Source: Atribacterota bacterium (GTDB taxonomy: Bacteria > Atribacterota > Phoenicimicrobiia > Phoenicimicrobiales > Phoenicimicrobiaceae). From it: a DNA stretch of 20,891 nt. The DNA lies in assembly GCA_038203565.1 (NCBI GenBank), contig JBBRDV010000019.1, positions 1 to 20,891 on the forward strand, written 5' to 3'. A program made the position numbers and the translations under genes. Below the pieces are notes generated by a model, which was not told the DNA's origin, did not search any database, and worked only from the letters and a program-made list of their open reading frames with translations. Below are positions 8,893-17,956 of this stretch, in pieces; within the stretch, counting starts at the first letter, position 1, and every line of letters begins with the position of its first letter.

Positions 8893-10623
8893 ATGGAAGA
8901 AAAAGAAAAAACCAAAGAGCAGTTAATAGATGAATTAATGAAATTACGCCAGCAAATTACTGAATTACAAAAATCAGAAGTTAAGCGTCAGCAGATAGAA
9001 GAAACTTTAAGTGAGAATGAGGAAAAATATCGAATTCTTTTAGAAGCGACTACTGATTGCATTCTCATAGAGACAGTAGAAGGCCGCATACTTGAATGTA
9101 ATACTGCTGGTGCAAAGATATATGGTTACACTAAAGAAGAGATGATTGGACTGACTTTGGCTGACAGAGTTCCCGAAGAGTTTGCAAAGAAATTACCCAA
9201 GGTCATTACCGAAAATAAGACAACACAAGGTTTTTTCGTCTCTCGAATAAGCAAAAAGAAAGACGGCACCATTTTCCCCACAGAAATTGCCACCAAAATT
9301 GTCAATATCGGAGGAAAACCCCGACTTATAACTTATATTCGTGATAACACTCAACGTAAAAAAGCAGAGAAAAAGTTAAGAAAAGCCAGAAAAATGTTTG
9401 CTAGTCTATTTAATAGTAGCCCTATTGCGGCTTTGTATTATGATAAAGATGGTCGCATTTTAAATATAAATCCTTACTTTACTAAACTATTTGGTTACAC
9501 CTTAAAAGAGATAAGAGGCAGAAATATTGATGAAGGGATGATTTATCCCGAAAAAAAGATAGACGAAGGAGAAAGATTAACTAAGAATGCATTGACCTTT
9601 AAAGGTATTTCTGAATATGAAACCGTTAGAAAGAAAAAAGACGGTACTTTAATCTATATAGTCATATCTGCTTCTCCAGTCATAATTGATGGTCAACCTA
9701 AGGGAACCATCGCTTTATATATGGATATAACCGAGCGTAAAAAAGCCGAAGAGGCCTTACGAAAAAGCCAGCAAGAATTTGCCAGTCTATTTATGAATAG
9801 TCCTGACGCTATAGTATATGTAGATGAAAAGGGTACTATCTTAAACATAAATCCCCATTTTACTAAATTGTTTGGCTATATTCTGGAAGAGATAAAAGGT
9901 AGAAACCTTGATGACGGAACGATTCATCCCTCTAATAAATTGGAAGAAGGAAAGAGATTAACTAAAAGATCATCAAAAGGTTATTTTAATTATGAAACCG
10001 TAAGGAAAAGAAAAGACGGTACTCTCTTTCCGGTTTCAATATCTGGTTCTAATATAAAAATTGATGGGCAGGTAAAAGGATTAGTAGCCACTTATATTGA
10101 TATTACTGAACGCAAAAGACTGGAAAAAAAGTTGGAAAAGTTAGCTAATTTTGATGTCCTTACCGGTTGTTATGCCAGAGGATATGGTCTGAGTCTTTTC
10201 GAACAGCAAATTAAGTCTGCCCAGCGCCATAAAACCTCTATCTTGTTGCTCTATCTTGACCTGGATAGACTTAAATATATTAACGATACCTTTGGTCATA
10301 AAGAAGGTGATAAGGTCTTAAAAGAGGCAGCGAAGTTCTTTAAATCTACCTTAAGAGAAATTGATATCATCTGTCGTATGGGCGGAGATGAGTTCCTGTT
10401 GATTTTTCCCGATAGCTCTCTGAATGATGTTCCTCTAATCAAAGAAAGAATAACTAATAAATTAAAAGAATTTAATAAAAATCTTAATAACCCCTATAAG
10501 ATAAGCTTTAGTATTGGTCTTTCTTGTTATAACCCTTCTAATCCTTTGTCCATAGAAGAATTAATCAAAATAGCTGATGAGAATATGTATGAAGATAAGA
10601 AAAAGAAAAAAATAGATGACTAA
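8893..10623 (+). CDS. Diguanylate cyclase with three PAS/PAC domains
   Basis: N-terminal coiled coil and three PAS domains ending in D(I/N)T(E/Q)RK. The GGDEF domain has RMGGDEF and an intact RxxD I-site (REID). Start is ATG 8893 or GTG 8884. Confidence 0.93.
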   Translation: MEEKEKTKEQLIDELMKLRQQITELQKSEVKRQQIEETLSENEEKYRILLEATTDCILIETVEGRILECNTAGAKIYGYTKEEMIGLTLADRVPEEFAKKLPKVITENKTTQGFFVSRISKKKDGTIFPTEIATKIVNIGGKPRLITYIRDNTQRKKAEKKLRKARKMFASLFNSSPIAALYYDKDGRILNINPYFTKLFGYTLKEIRGRNIDEGMIYPEKKIDEGERLTKNALTFKGISEYETVRKKKDGTLIYIVISASPVIIDGQPKGTIALYMDITERKKAEEALRKSQQEFASLFMNSPDAIVYVDEKGTILNINPHFTKLFGYILEEIKGRNLDDGTIHPSNKLEEGKRLTKRSSKGYFNYETVRKRKDGTLFPVSISGSNIKIDGQVKGLVATYIDITERKRLEKKLEKLANFDVLTGCYARGYGLSLFEQQIKSAQRHKTSILLLYLDLDRLKYINDTFGHKEGDKVLKEAAKFFKSTLREIDIICRMGGDEFLLIFPDSSLNDVPLIKERITNKLKEFNKNLNNPYKISFSIGLSCYNPSNPLSIEELIKIADENMYEDKKKKKIDD

Positions 10624-10626
10624 AAA

Positions 10627-10694
10627 GATTGTCATAGGGATTGTCATGGAGACAGTTCTTCTGACAATAAAATATGACAGTGACCCTGTGGCAC
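10627..10694. repeat. Composite REP-like inverted repeat
   Basis: Hairpin ATTGTCA-TGGAGACAGTTCTTC-TGACAAT (10640-10668) within the outer imperfect IR TGTCATAGGGATTGTCAT / ATGACAGTGACCCTGTGGCA. Confidence 0.5.
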
Positions 10695-10832
10695 ATTTAT
10701 TGATTAAATAATTAATTAATAAGGAGTAAAAGAGAGGAACAGGAAAACTAATTTTTAGCTAAGTAAGTGAGATAAATATATATACAGAATTAGAGGATTA
10801 TCAGTTTTTATAGGAAAAAATAGTAAGGCTTT

Positions 10833-10868
10833 AAAACGCAGAAAATATAAGGGTTTCTGCGTTTTTTT
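10833..10868 (+). terminator. Probable intrinsic terminator
   Basis: AAAACGCAGAAA-9 nt-TTTCTGCGTTTT followed by a T-run. Confidence 0.55.
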
Positions 10869-10969
10869 ATTATATGGGATGGTGTTAGTGCTTCTAAAAT
10901 AGGGGGAGAATGAGATAAAAAGGGCTAAAAATTGTATTTTTATGATGTTGAAAGCCTTATAAAAAAAAG

Positions 10970-10994
10970 AGGAATTTTAGGAGTTTTATAGAAT
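10970..10994 (+). promoter_or_regulatory. SigH-like promoter upstream of the polX remnant
   Basis: AGGA-17 nt-GAAT preceded by an A-tract. Confidence 0.5.
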
Positions 10995-11111
10995 ATATAT
11001 AGCAAGCAGGATTATAATTAAAAAAATAGTTTGTGATTGTAGAAGCTATATATAAAAGAGAAGAAAAAAGGGAGTAGGAGTATTAATATATAATAATGGG
11101 GGGTGATGAAG

Positions 11112-11774
11112 ATGAAAAATTTAGAATTATCCCGAATATTTGAGCAGATTAACAGGATATTAAAGATTAAAGGAGAAAATCCTTTTAAAATTAGAGCTTA
11201 TGAAAAGGTTGCTTTGGTTTTAGAAAATTTAGCTATTGATATAGAGACAATTTACCGGCAGGGAGGATTAAATAATATCCCCGGAGTTGGTAGCGCTATT
11301 GCACAAAAGATTGAGGAATTTTTAACTACCGGTAAAATATTAAGTAAATTAGATGTGGTAATAGCGGCAATCCATTCTGGCTTTAAGCAGGAGAGTAAAG
11401 TTATTACCAAGAGAATTATCGAAGTTATGCAAAACAGATTTGTAAGTACTATCGCTCATCCTACCGGACGTTTAATCGGATATCGTGAATCATATCAAGT
11501 AGATATTAATGAGATGATAAAGGTAGCTGCAGAGACCGGAACTATTTTAGAAATTAATTCCCATCCGGAAAGGCTCGATTTAAATGATATTCATTGTCGG
11601 ATGGCCAAAGATAGGGGAGTTCAATTAGCCATTGAGACAGACGCTCACAGTATCGACGGATTAGAATTGATGAATTTAGGAGTAGATGTAGCACGCCGGG
11701 GATGGCTGGAAGAAAAAGATATCGTAAATACTCTACCTTTGGATAAATTATTAAAGAGATTGAAGAATAGATAA
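11112..11774 (+). pseudogene. polX: DNA polymerase X-PHP with a large in-frame internal deletion (ORF still open)
   Basis: The N-terminal HhH domain (GENPFKIRAYEK...IPGVG...IEEFLTTGK) is joined directly to the C-terminal half of PHP (LDVVIAAIHSGF...IAHPTGR...ERLDL...TDAH...ARRGWL). The polymerase core and the first PHP HxH motif are absent. About 220 aa against about 570 aa for typical members. Confidence 0.8.
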
Positions 11775-11856
11775 TAAGTAATACTTTATGTATAGTTTTA
11801 ATACAGCTTATTTTATAAAATTAAATTGGATTTTCTAAAAAAATGGAGGAAATATT

Positions 11857-12489
11857 ATGGTAAATTTAAATAACATTTCAGAAGCTTTGCAAAGCGGAAG
11901 GGCGGAAAAAGTAGGTGAACTGGTTAAACAAGCGTTAAAAGAAGGAATAACTCCTAAAAATATTTTAGAGGAAGGCTTGATCCGAGGAATGTCTATTATT
12001 GGTGCAAAATTTAAAAAAAATGAAGTATATGTTCCTGAAGTCTTAATTGCCGCTCGCGCCATGCATGCCGGAATGGATGTTTTAAAGCCCAAATTGGTTG
12101 AAACCGGGGTAAAAAATCTAGGTAAAGTAATAATAGGCACAGTAACAGGAGATTTACATGATATTGGAAAAAATTTAGTAAAAATGATGTTAGAAGGAGC
12201 AGGTTTTGAAGTTGTTGATTTAGGAGTAGATGTCTCTGCAGATAAATTTGTGGAAGCCGTAAAAGAACATCAGCCTAATATAATAGGGATGTCTGCCCTT
12301 TTGACTACTACCATGGTTAACATGGTGGAAGTAATAAAGGCGCTGGAAGCTGCAGGATTAAGAGACAAAGTAAAAATAATGGTAGGAGGGGCACCAATTA
12401 CTCAAAATTATGCTGATCAAATAGGGGCAGATGGGTATTCTCCCGATGCTGCTTCTGCTACAGATAAAGCAAAAACTTTTTTGAGTTAA
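11857..12489 (+). CDS. Corrinoid (cobalamin-binding) protein of a methyltransferase system (MtbC/MttC-like)
   Basis: B12 cap domain (VYVPEVLIAARAM) plus GDLHDIGKNLV, SALLTTT and VGGAP motifs. Confidence 0.95.
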   Translation: MVNLNNISEALQSGRAEKVGELVKQALKEGITPKNILEEGLIRGMSIIGAKFKKNEVYVPEVLIAARAMHAGMDVLKPKLVETGVKNLGKVIIGTVTGDLHDIGKNLVKMMLEGAGFEVVDLGVDVSADKFVEAVKEHQPNIIGMSALLTTTMVNMVEVIKALEAAGLRDKVKIMVGGAPITQNYADQIGADGYSPDAASATDKAKTFLS

Positions 12490-12525
12490 ATATTTTATCT
12501 GTTTTAAGGAAGTGTTTTTGTATTT

Positions 12526-12704
12526 ATGAATATTAATAGAATTATTAGAGGAAAAACTGGTTTACCGAAATACCAATCATCTTGCAAAATTAATGTGTGA
12601 TTCAGGTGCTATCAGGTGCTATAGGTTTAAGTTTAGGCTGTGATCTTCCTTTAAATACTCCTTTAGAAAATATTGAAGCCTTTATGAAAGCTGCACGGGG
12701 ATAG
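12526..12704 (+). pseudogene. Remnant of a URO-D/MtaA-family methyltransferase
   Basis: Fragments NTNHLAKLMCDSGA / SGAIGLSL, then GCDLPLNTPLENIEAFMKAARG* (stop 12702-12704), the typical C-terminus of this family. A 10-bp tandem duplication TCAGGTGCTA (12602-12621) shifts the frame. Confidence 0.75.
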
Positions 12705-12733
12705 ACAATAGATTATTAAGCTAAAAAATTTTC

Positions 12734-12802
12734 TTGACATAGTATTAAAATAGAAGTATTATTATTTTAGAACGGCGTTCATAAAAATATCTAACAGTGT
12801 TC
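12734..12802 (+). promoter_or_regulatory. Promoter of the IclR/sugar operon with candidate operators
   Basis: TTGACA 12734-12739, 17 nt, TATTAT 12757-12762. Downstream are the palindrome GAACGGCGTTC (12770-12780) and the related TAACAGTGTTC (12792-12802). Confidence 0.65.
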
Positions 12803-12938
12803 TTTTTTCACCATAAATAATAGATTAACAGAAGATAAAGATTTTTTTTTAGTTAATAAGTCCTTTTCGATATAAGATATTTATATCGATTACGATAAGC
12901 ACAAAATAAGATAAATATTTAATTAGAGGTTATAGGTA

Positions 12939-13718
12939 ATGGAAAAGAAAATAATTCAATCTATAGATCGAGCTTTACAAGTTCTTGAGTTATTTAGTTT
13001 AGAAAAACCCGAGTGGGGAGTAACTGAAATAAGTAAAGTTCTGAATATTTATAAAAGTAATGTACATAATATTTTATCAACCTTTGCAGAAAAGGGTTTT
13101 GTGAAAAAAGATTCTAAAACAGATAAATATAAACTTGGTATAAAGTTTTTTGAATTGGGGAGTGTAGTTATTCAAAATATGGATTTGAGAAGAATAGCTC
13201 ATACTTATATAGAAAAATTGTCTAAAGAATTTAATGAAACAGTGCATTTAGGAGTTTTAGATGAAGGAAGAGTTATTTCTATCGAGCGAGAAGAATCTAA
13301 TAAAGGTCTATGCTCCCGTATCGAGATTGGTAGAAGAGCTCCTCTGTATTGTACTGCTGTAGGGAAGGCCATAATGGCTTATCTTTCTGAAAATGAAATT
13401 AATTTAATAATAAAAGAAAAAGAATTAGAAAAATATACAGAAAATACTATTACCACTAAAGAAGGTCTCGAAAATGAATTTAAAAAAATTAGAAAACAGG
13501 GTTATGCGGTGGATAATATGGAACACGAAGAAGGGGTACGATGTGTAGCAAGTTCTATCCGAGATTATTCAGGAGGAGTTATTGCCTCTATGAGTGTCTC
13601 TGGTCCAGCATTTCGAATAAATGAAGATAATATGTTTGTTATAGCTAAAAAAATTAAAGAATATTGTGATTGTATTTCTGAAGAAATGGGTTACAATTTT
13701 AATCAAAACAAATATTAA
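12939..13718 (+). CDS. IclR-family transcriptional regulator (KdgR-like)
   Basis: IQSIDRALQVLELF HTH start, ETVHLGVL, CTAVGKA and GYAVDNMEHEEGVRCVA motifs. Confidence 0.95.
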   Translation: MEKKIIQSIDRALQVLELFSLEKPEWGVTEISKVLNIYKSNVHNILSTFAEKGFVKKDSKTDKYKLGIKFFELGSVVIQNMDLRRIAHTYIEKLSKEFNETVHLGVLDEGRVISIEREESNKGLCSRIEIGRRAPLYCTAVGKAIMAYLSENEINLIIKEKELEKYTENTITTKEGLENEFKKIRKQGYAVDNMEHEEGVRCVASSIRDYSGGVIASMSVSGPAFRINEDNMFVIAKKIKEYCDCISEEMGYNFNQNKY

Positions 13719-13740
13719 ATTATTTGGAGGAGGATTTACA

Positions 13741-14658
13741 ATGTTTGATAAAGAAAAATATGGAAAGATATTAGTTCCAATGGTTACTCCCTTTAAAGAA
13801 GACCAGAGCGTGGATTATAAGGCAGCAGTAAGTATTGCTGAAAAATTGATCGAAGATAATATGGCTGATTCAATCATACTTTCCGGGACTACTGGTGAAT
13901 TTTTTACCATGAATTTTGATGAAAGGGCAAAAATATTTAAGGTTATTAACGAAACTGTCGGGGAAAAAATTCCGTTAATAGCAGGAGTAGGATGTGCTTC
14001 TACTCTTGAAACTATGGCCTTGGCTAAAAAAGCGGAAGAAATAGGTTTTAAAATAATGATGGTCGTTTCCCCTTATTATACCAAACCCACACAAAAAGAA
14101 CTTTATAATCACTTTAGAAAAGTAGCTGAATCAGTAAATATCCCAATGATGCTTTATAATATTCCTATCTTTACAGGGGTTAATATTAACCCTGAAACCG
14201 TAGCCCAACTTTCCAAAATAGAAAACATCATAGCCATAAAAGAAGAGGCAGAGCTTAACCCTAAACAAATGACTGAGTTTATTAATATTACCCCAGAGGA
14301 TTTTATAATTTACTGTGGAGATGATCCTATGATCCTCGAGGCTTTTGCACAAGGTGGAGCAAAGAGAATAGGAGGAATTATCAGCGGTGCCTCTCATATA
14401 ATAGGAGTGCAATTAAGGAACATGATTAATATGTTCCTTAATGGAAAGGTGGAAGAAGCAGCTAAAATACAACAAAAATATTTACCTCTATTTAGAATAA
14501 TGGGACAGAATGGCCGCACTAACCCCGCCTCTCTTTTAAAAGAAGCTATGAAGATGGTTGGTTATAATGCAGGCATTCCTCGTCTACCTTTAAGTCCTGG
14601 TACTGAGGAAGAGATAGCAGAGGTTAAGAGGGTAATGAAAGGACTTAGTATTATATAA
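13741..14658 (+). CDS. DHDPS/NAL-family class I aldolase, probably sugar-acid catabolic rather than DapA
   Basis: SGTTGE, PYY, LYNIP and Schiff-base Lys (IIAIKEE). The Arg of the DapA YNVPxRT motif is absent (YNIPIFT). Start at ATG 13741 after GGAGGAGG. Confidence 0.85.
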   Translation: MFDKEKYGKILVPMVTPFKEDQSVDYKAAVSIAEKLIEDNMADSIILSGTTGEFFTMNFDERAKIFKVINETVGEKIPLIAGVGCASTLETMALAKKAEEIGFKIMMVVSPYYTKPTQKELYNHFRKVAESVNIPMMLYNIPIFTGVNINPETVAQLSKIENIIAIKEEAELNPKQMTEFINITPEDFIIYCGDDPMILEAFAQGGAKRIGGIISGASHIIGVQLRNMINMFLNGKVEEAAKIQQKYLPLFRIMGQNGRTNPASLLKEAMKMVGYNAGIPRLPLSPGTEEEIAEVKRVMKGLSII

Positions 14659-14740
14659 TAATAGCTAATGAAAAATTATATTAATATTTGAAAATTTTTA
14701 AAAAATAAAATCAATCTAGCTAAATTAAGGGGGTTAAAAA

Positions 14741-16537
14741 ATGCCAAATATCCAAAAAAGACTACCAGGAAGACTTCCTAAGGTCGGTATCCGTCCCATC
14801 ATCGATGGACGCAGAAGGGGAATTAGAGAATCATTAGAAAACCAAACGATGGATATGGCTCGGACCGCCGCCTCTTTAATTTCTGAAAACTTAAGACATT
14901 CTAATGGTTTACCGGTAGAATGTGTCATACCTGATACCACAATCGGTGGAGTAGCCGAAGCCGCCAGGTGTGCCGATAAATTCGCACAAGAAGGGGTGGG
15001 AGTATCCCTAAGTGTAACCCCTTGCTGGTGTTACGGGATGGAGACCATAGATATGGATCCCCTTATTCCAAAAGCTATTTGGGGTTTTAACGGAACCGAA
15101 AGACCGGGTGCAGTATATCTATCGGCAGCACTGGCAGGTCATGAGCAGATGGGTCTGCCCGCTTTTGGGATATACGGCAAGGATGTTCAGGATCGTGATG
15201 ATAAAACTGTTCCTGATGATGTAAAGCAGAAATTATTGCAATTTACCAAAGCAGGTCTGGCTGTTGCCACCATGAAAGGCAAATCTTATCTTTCAATAGG
15301 AAGTGTTTCTATGGGAATTGCCGGTTCCCAAATTAACCCTTCCTTTTTTTGCGATTATTTGGGCATGAGAAATGAATATGTGGACATGTCTGAGATAACA
15401 CGAAGGATAAAAGAAGAGATTTATGACAAAGAAGAATATGAAAGAGCACTTTCATGGGTTAAGAAAAATTGTCTGGAAGGAGAAGATCGTAATAAAAAAG
15501 AGATAAAACATTCCCGCGCGCAAAAAGATGCTGAATGGGGGATGGTAATAAAAATGACATTAATTGCCCGGGATTTAATGGTGGGCAATAAAAAATTAAT
15601 AAAATTAGGTTACGCCGAAGAGGCAGAAGGGCATAATGCTCTGACAGCCGGTTTTCAGGGTCAAAGACAATGGACTGATTATCTCCCCAATGGAGATTTT
15701 ATGGAGACGATTTTAAATACCTCTTTTGATTGGAATGGCATACGGGAAGCTTTTATCTTTGCTACGGAAAATGACAGTTTGAACGGTATTTCCATGCTAT
15801 TTAATCATCTTCTAACCGATAGAGCTCAGATGTTCTCTGATGTTAGAACTTACTGGAGCCCCCAGGCAGTAAAAAGGGTAACAGGCTCAGAGTTAAGCGG
15901 TCTTGCCCAAAACGGATTAATTCACCTCATTAATTCCGGCTCTACTACCCTGGATGCTACCGGCCAGCAGAAAGAAGATGGAAAATCAACCATGAAACCT
16001 TTCTGGGAAATTACCGAAGAAGAAACAAAGAAATGTCTGTCTCATACCAAATGGTCACCGGCCAACTTAGAGTATTTCCGGGGAGGAGGATTTTCTTCTA
16101 CTTTTTATACCAGGGGAACCATGCCAGTCACTATGGTAAGATTAAATCTGATAAAAGGGATAGGACCGGTCATTCAAATTGCTGAAGGTCATACCATAGA
16201 CCTCCCGGCAAAAATTCACCAAATTTTAGATGAACGGACTGATCCCACTTGGCCAACCTCCTGGTTTGCTCCCATTTTAACCGGTAGAGGAGCCTTTAAA
16301 GATGTCTATTCGGTGATGAACAATTGGGGAGCTAATCATGGAGCGATAAGTTATGGTCATATCGGAAAAGATCTGATTACTTTATCTTCTATGCTTAGAA
16401 TACCGGTAGCCATGCACAATGTATCTGATGAGAAGATTTTCAGACCGAGAGCCTGGGCATCTTTTGGTACTTCCTGTTTAGAGGGAGCAGACTTTAGAGC
16501 ATGTGCTAATTTTGGTCCACTATATGGTAGAAAATAA
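14741..16537 (+). CDS. fucI: L-fucose/D-arabinose isomerase
   Basis: 598 aa with [50 protein letters not shown] and WGANHGA motifs. Confidence 0.96.
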   Translation: MPNIQKRLPGRLPKVGIRPIIDGRRRGIRESLENQTMDMARTAASLISENLRHSNGLPVECVIPDTTIGGVAEAARCADKFAQEGVGVSLSVTPCWCYGMETIDMDPLIPKAIWGFNGTERPGAVYLSAALAGHEQMGLPAFGIYGKDVQDRDDKTVPDDVKQKLLQFTKAGLAVATMKGKSYLSIGSVSMGIAGSQINPSFFCDYLGMRNEYVDMSEITRRIKEEIYDKEEYERALSWVKKNCLEGEDRNKKEIKHSRAQKDAEWGMVIKMTLIARDLMVGNKKLIKLGYAEEAEGHNALTAGFQGQRQWTDYLPNGDFMETILNTSFDWNGIREAFIFATENDSLNGISMLFNHLLTDRAQMFSDVRTYWSPQAVKRVTGSELSGLAQNGLIHLINSGSTTLDATGQQKEDGKSTMKPFWEITEEETKKCLSHTKWSPANLEYFRGGGFSSTFYTRGTMPVTMVRLNLIKGIGPVIQIAEGHTIDLPAKIHQILDERTDPTWPTSWFAPILTGRGAFKDVYSVMNNWGANHGAISYGHIGKDLITLSSMLRIPVAMHNVSDEKIFRPRAWASFGTSCLEGADFRACANFGPLYGRK

Positions 16538-16550
16538 AAGGAGGATTATT

Positions 16551-16622
16551 ATAATAAATATGCCCTGGGCTTAGACTCTGACTCTGGTACTTAAATCGAA
16601 AAGCAGATTAGTAAATATATAA
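16551..16622 (+). pseudogene. Tiny remnant of an FGGY sugar kinase (ribulokinase/fuculokinase-like)
   Basis: AGGAGG (16539-16544), then AT[G lost]-AAT AAA TAT GCC CTG GGC TTA GAC TCT GAC TCT GGT ACT TAA, reading (M)NKYALGLD(SD)SGT. This matches the FGGY N-terminal YxLGxDxGT motif with a GACTCT duplication. Confidence 0.55.
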
Positions 16623-16670
16623 GTATAAAAGAAGATAGTTAAATTTAAATATTTTAGAAGGACCGGGGGA

Positions 16671-17807
16671 ATGAAAAGGGAAATAAAAAAATTACTTAAA
16701 GTTGTTGAAGAGAAAAAAAGAATAGACCCTCAAGGGAAGGGTAAAATTGCCGATGTATTAGAAAATAAAGAAGTGGATTGTCTCTCTTTAATTTTTTGGA
16801 AACCTCAAAATATTTCTGTTCCGGGAAGCACTTATGATATGGAGGAGCAGTTTTATGATAAAGAAAAAATGCTTTATGCTCATTTAGAAGAGATTGAAAA
16901 GTGCGCTGAAAATGCCTTTGATGCACTACTATGTCTACGGCCAAATTTTGGAACAATATTTATTCCTTCTATATTTGGATTAAAATATGTACTACCAAAA
17001 GATACTTTTGGCTGGATAACCTCTCACCTTACTAAAGATGAGATAAAAAAATTTAAAATTCCACCTTTAGACGAAGTAGATATGATGAAAAGGGCTATTG
17101 AATATCTTCAATTTTTTAAGGAAGAATTACCAGAATGGATTCATGTTTATCTTCCTGATACTCTTGGCCCCTTTGAAATTGCTCATTCAGTTTATGGGGA
17201 TAATATTTTTTATGAAATTTATGATGACCCAAGTTTTATTCATTATCTTCTAGAGCTTTGTACAAATATGTATATTCAGATTACAGAGAAACTGAAAGAA
17301 GTTATAGGAGAAGAAAGAACCACTTGCTATCATGGTCATGCTTTATCTCGAGGAATTTATATGAGAAATGGAGGAACTCGAATTTCAGAAGATAGTGCGA
17401 CGCTAATTTCACCTCAGCATATTGATGAATTTGTAATTCCCTATGACCAAAAAGCCTTGGAAGCATTTGGTGGCGGTTTTATTCATTTTTGCGGAAAAAA
17501 TGATTATTTATTAGAATCTTATTTAAAATTAGATAACGTACGAGCAGTAAATTTGGGTAATCCCGAAATGTATGATTTTGATACAACCATGCAAAAGTTT
17601 ATCGGTTATAAGAAATGTTGTTTTGGTTTATGGCCTAAAATGGAAAAAGAAAATTTAGAGGAATACATCAATAGAATGAAAGGGGCAACTGGCGGAGGAA
17701 AAAGAGGACTTCTTCTGCATTTTGATGAAAGGATGTTTTCCCAATATACTGGTTGGGATATTTTGCAAAAGTGGAGAGAAATGATGAATGGTATTCGTGG
17801 CAAATAA
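16671..17807 (+). CDS. URO-D/methyltransferase (MtaA/CmuA)-fold protein of unknown specificity
   Basis: PDTLGPFEIAHSVYG, YDDP, ISEDSATLISP...FVIPY and IHFCG (HxC) segments follow the uroporphyrinogen decarboxylase-superfamily pattern. Confidence 0.7.
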   Translation: MKREIKKLLKVVEEKKRIDPQGKGKIADVLENKEVDCLSLIFWKPQNISVPGSTYDMEEQFYDKEKMLYAHLEEIEKCAENAFDALLCLRPNFGTIFIPSIFGLKYVLPKDTFGWITSHLTKDEIKKFKIPPLDEVDMMKRAIEYLQFFKEELPEWIHVYLPDTLGPFEIAHSVYGDNIFYEIYDDPSFIHYLLELCTNMYIQITEKLKEVIGEERTTCYHGHALSRGIYMRNGGTRISEDSATLISPQHIDEFVIPYDQKALEAFGGGFIHFCGKNDYLLESYLKLDNVRAVNLGNPEMYDFDTTMQKFIGYKKCCFGLWPKMEKENLEEYINRMKGATGGGKRGLLLHFDERMFSQYTGWDILQKWREMMNGIRGK

Positions 17808-17956
17808 AAAATAAGCAGTGCACCCTTTGTTTAGAGGTCAAATTATTCGTTGTTCTGCTGAAAAGGAGGTGTTGAAGGAGGTAAAAAAAGGTTAGTAAGC
17901 ATAACAGACAGAAAGTATTTTTAGCTAGTAAATAAAAGTTAAAGGAGGATTTCAAA

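Noticed and set aside
17860..17900. Two extra AGGAGGT motifs upstream of dctP
   Set aside because: No properly spaced ORF of meaningful length follows. It could be another gene remnant but is unidentifiable.
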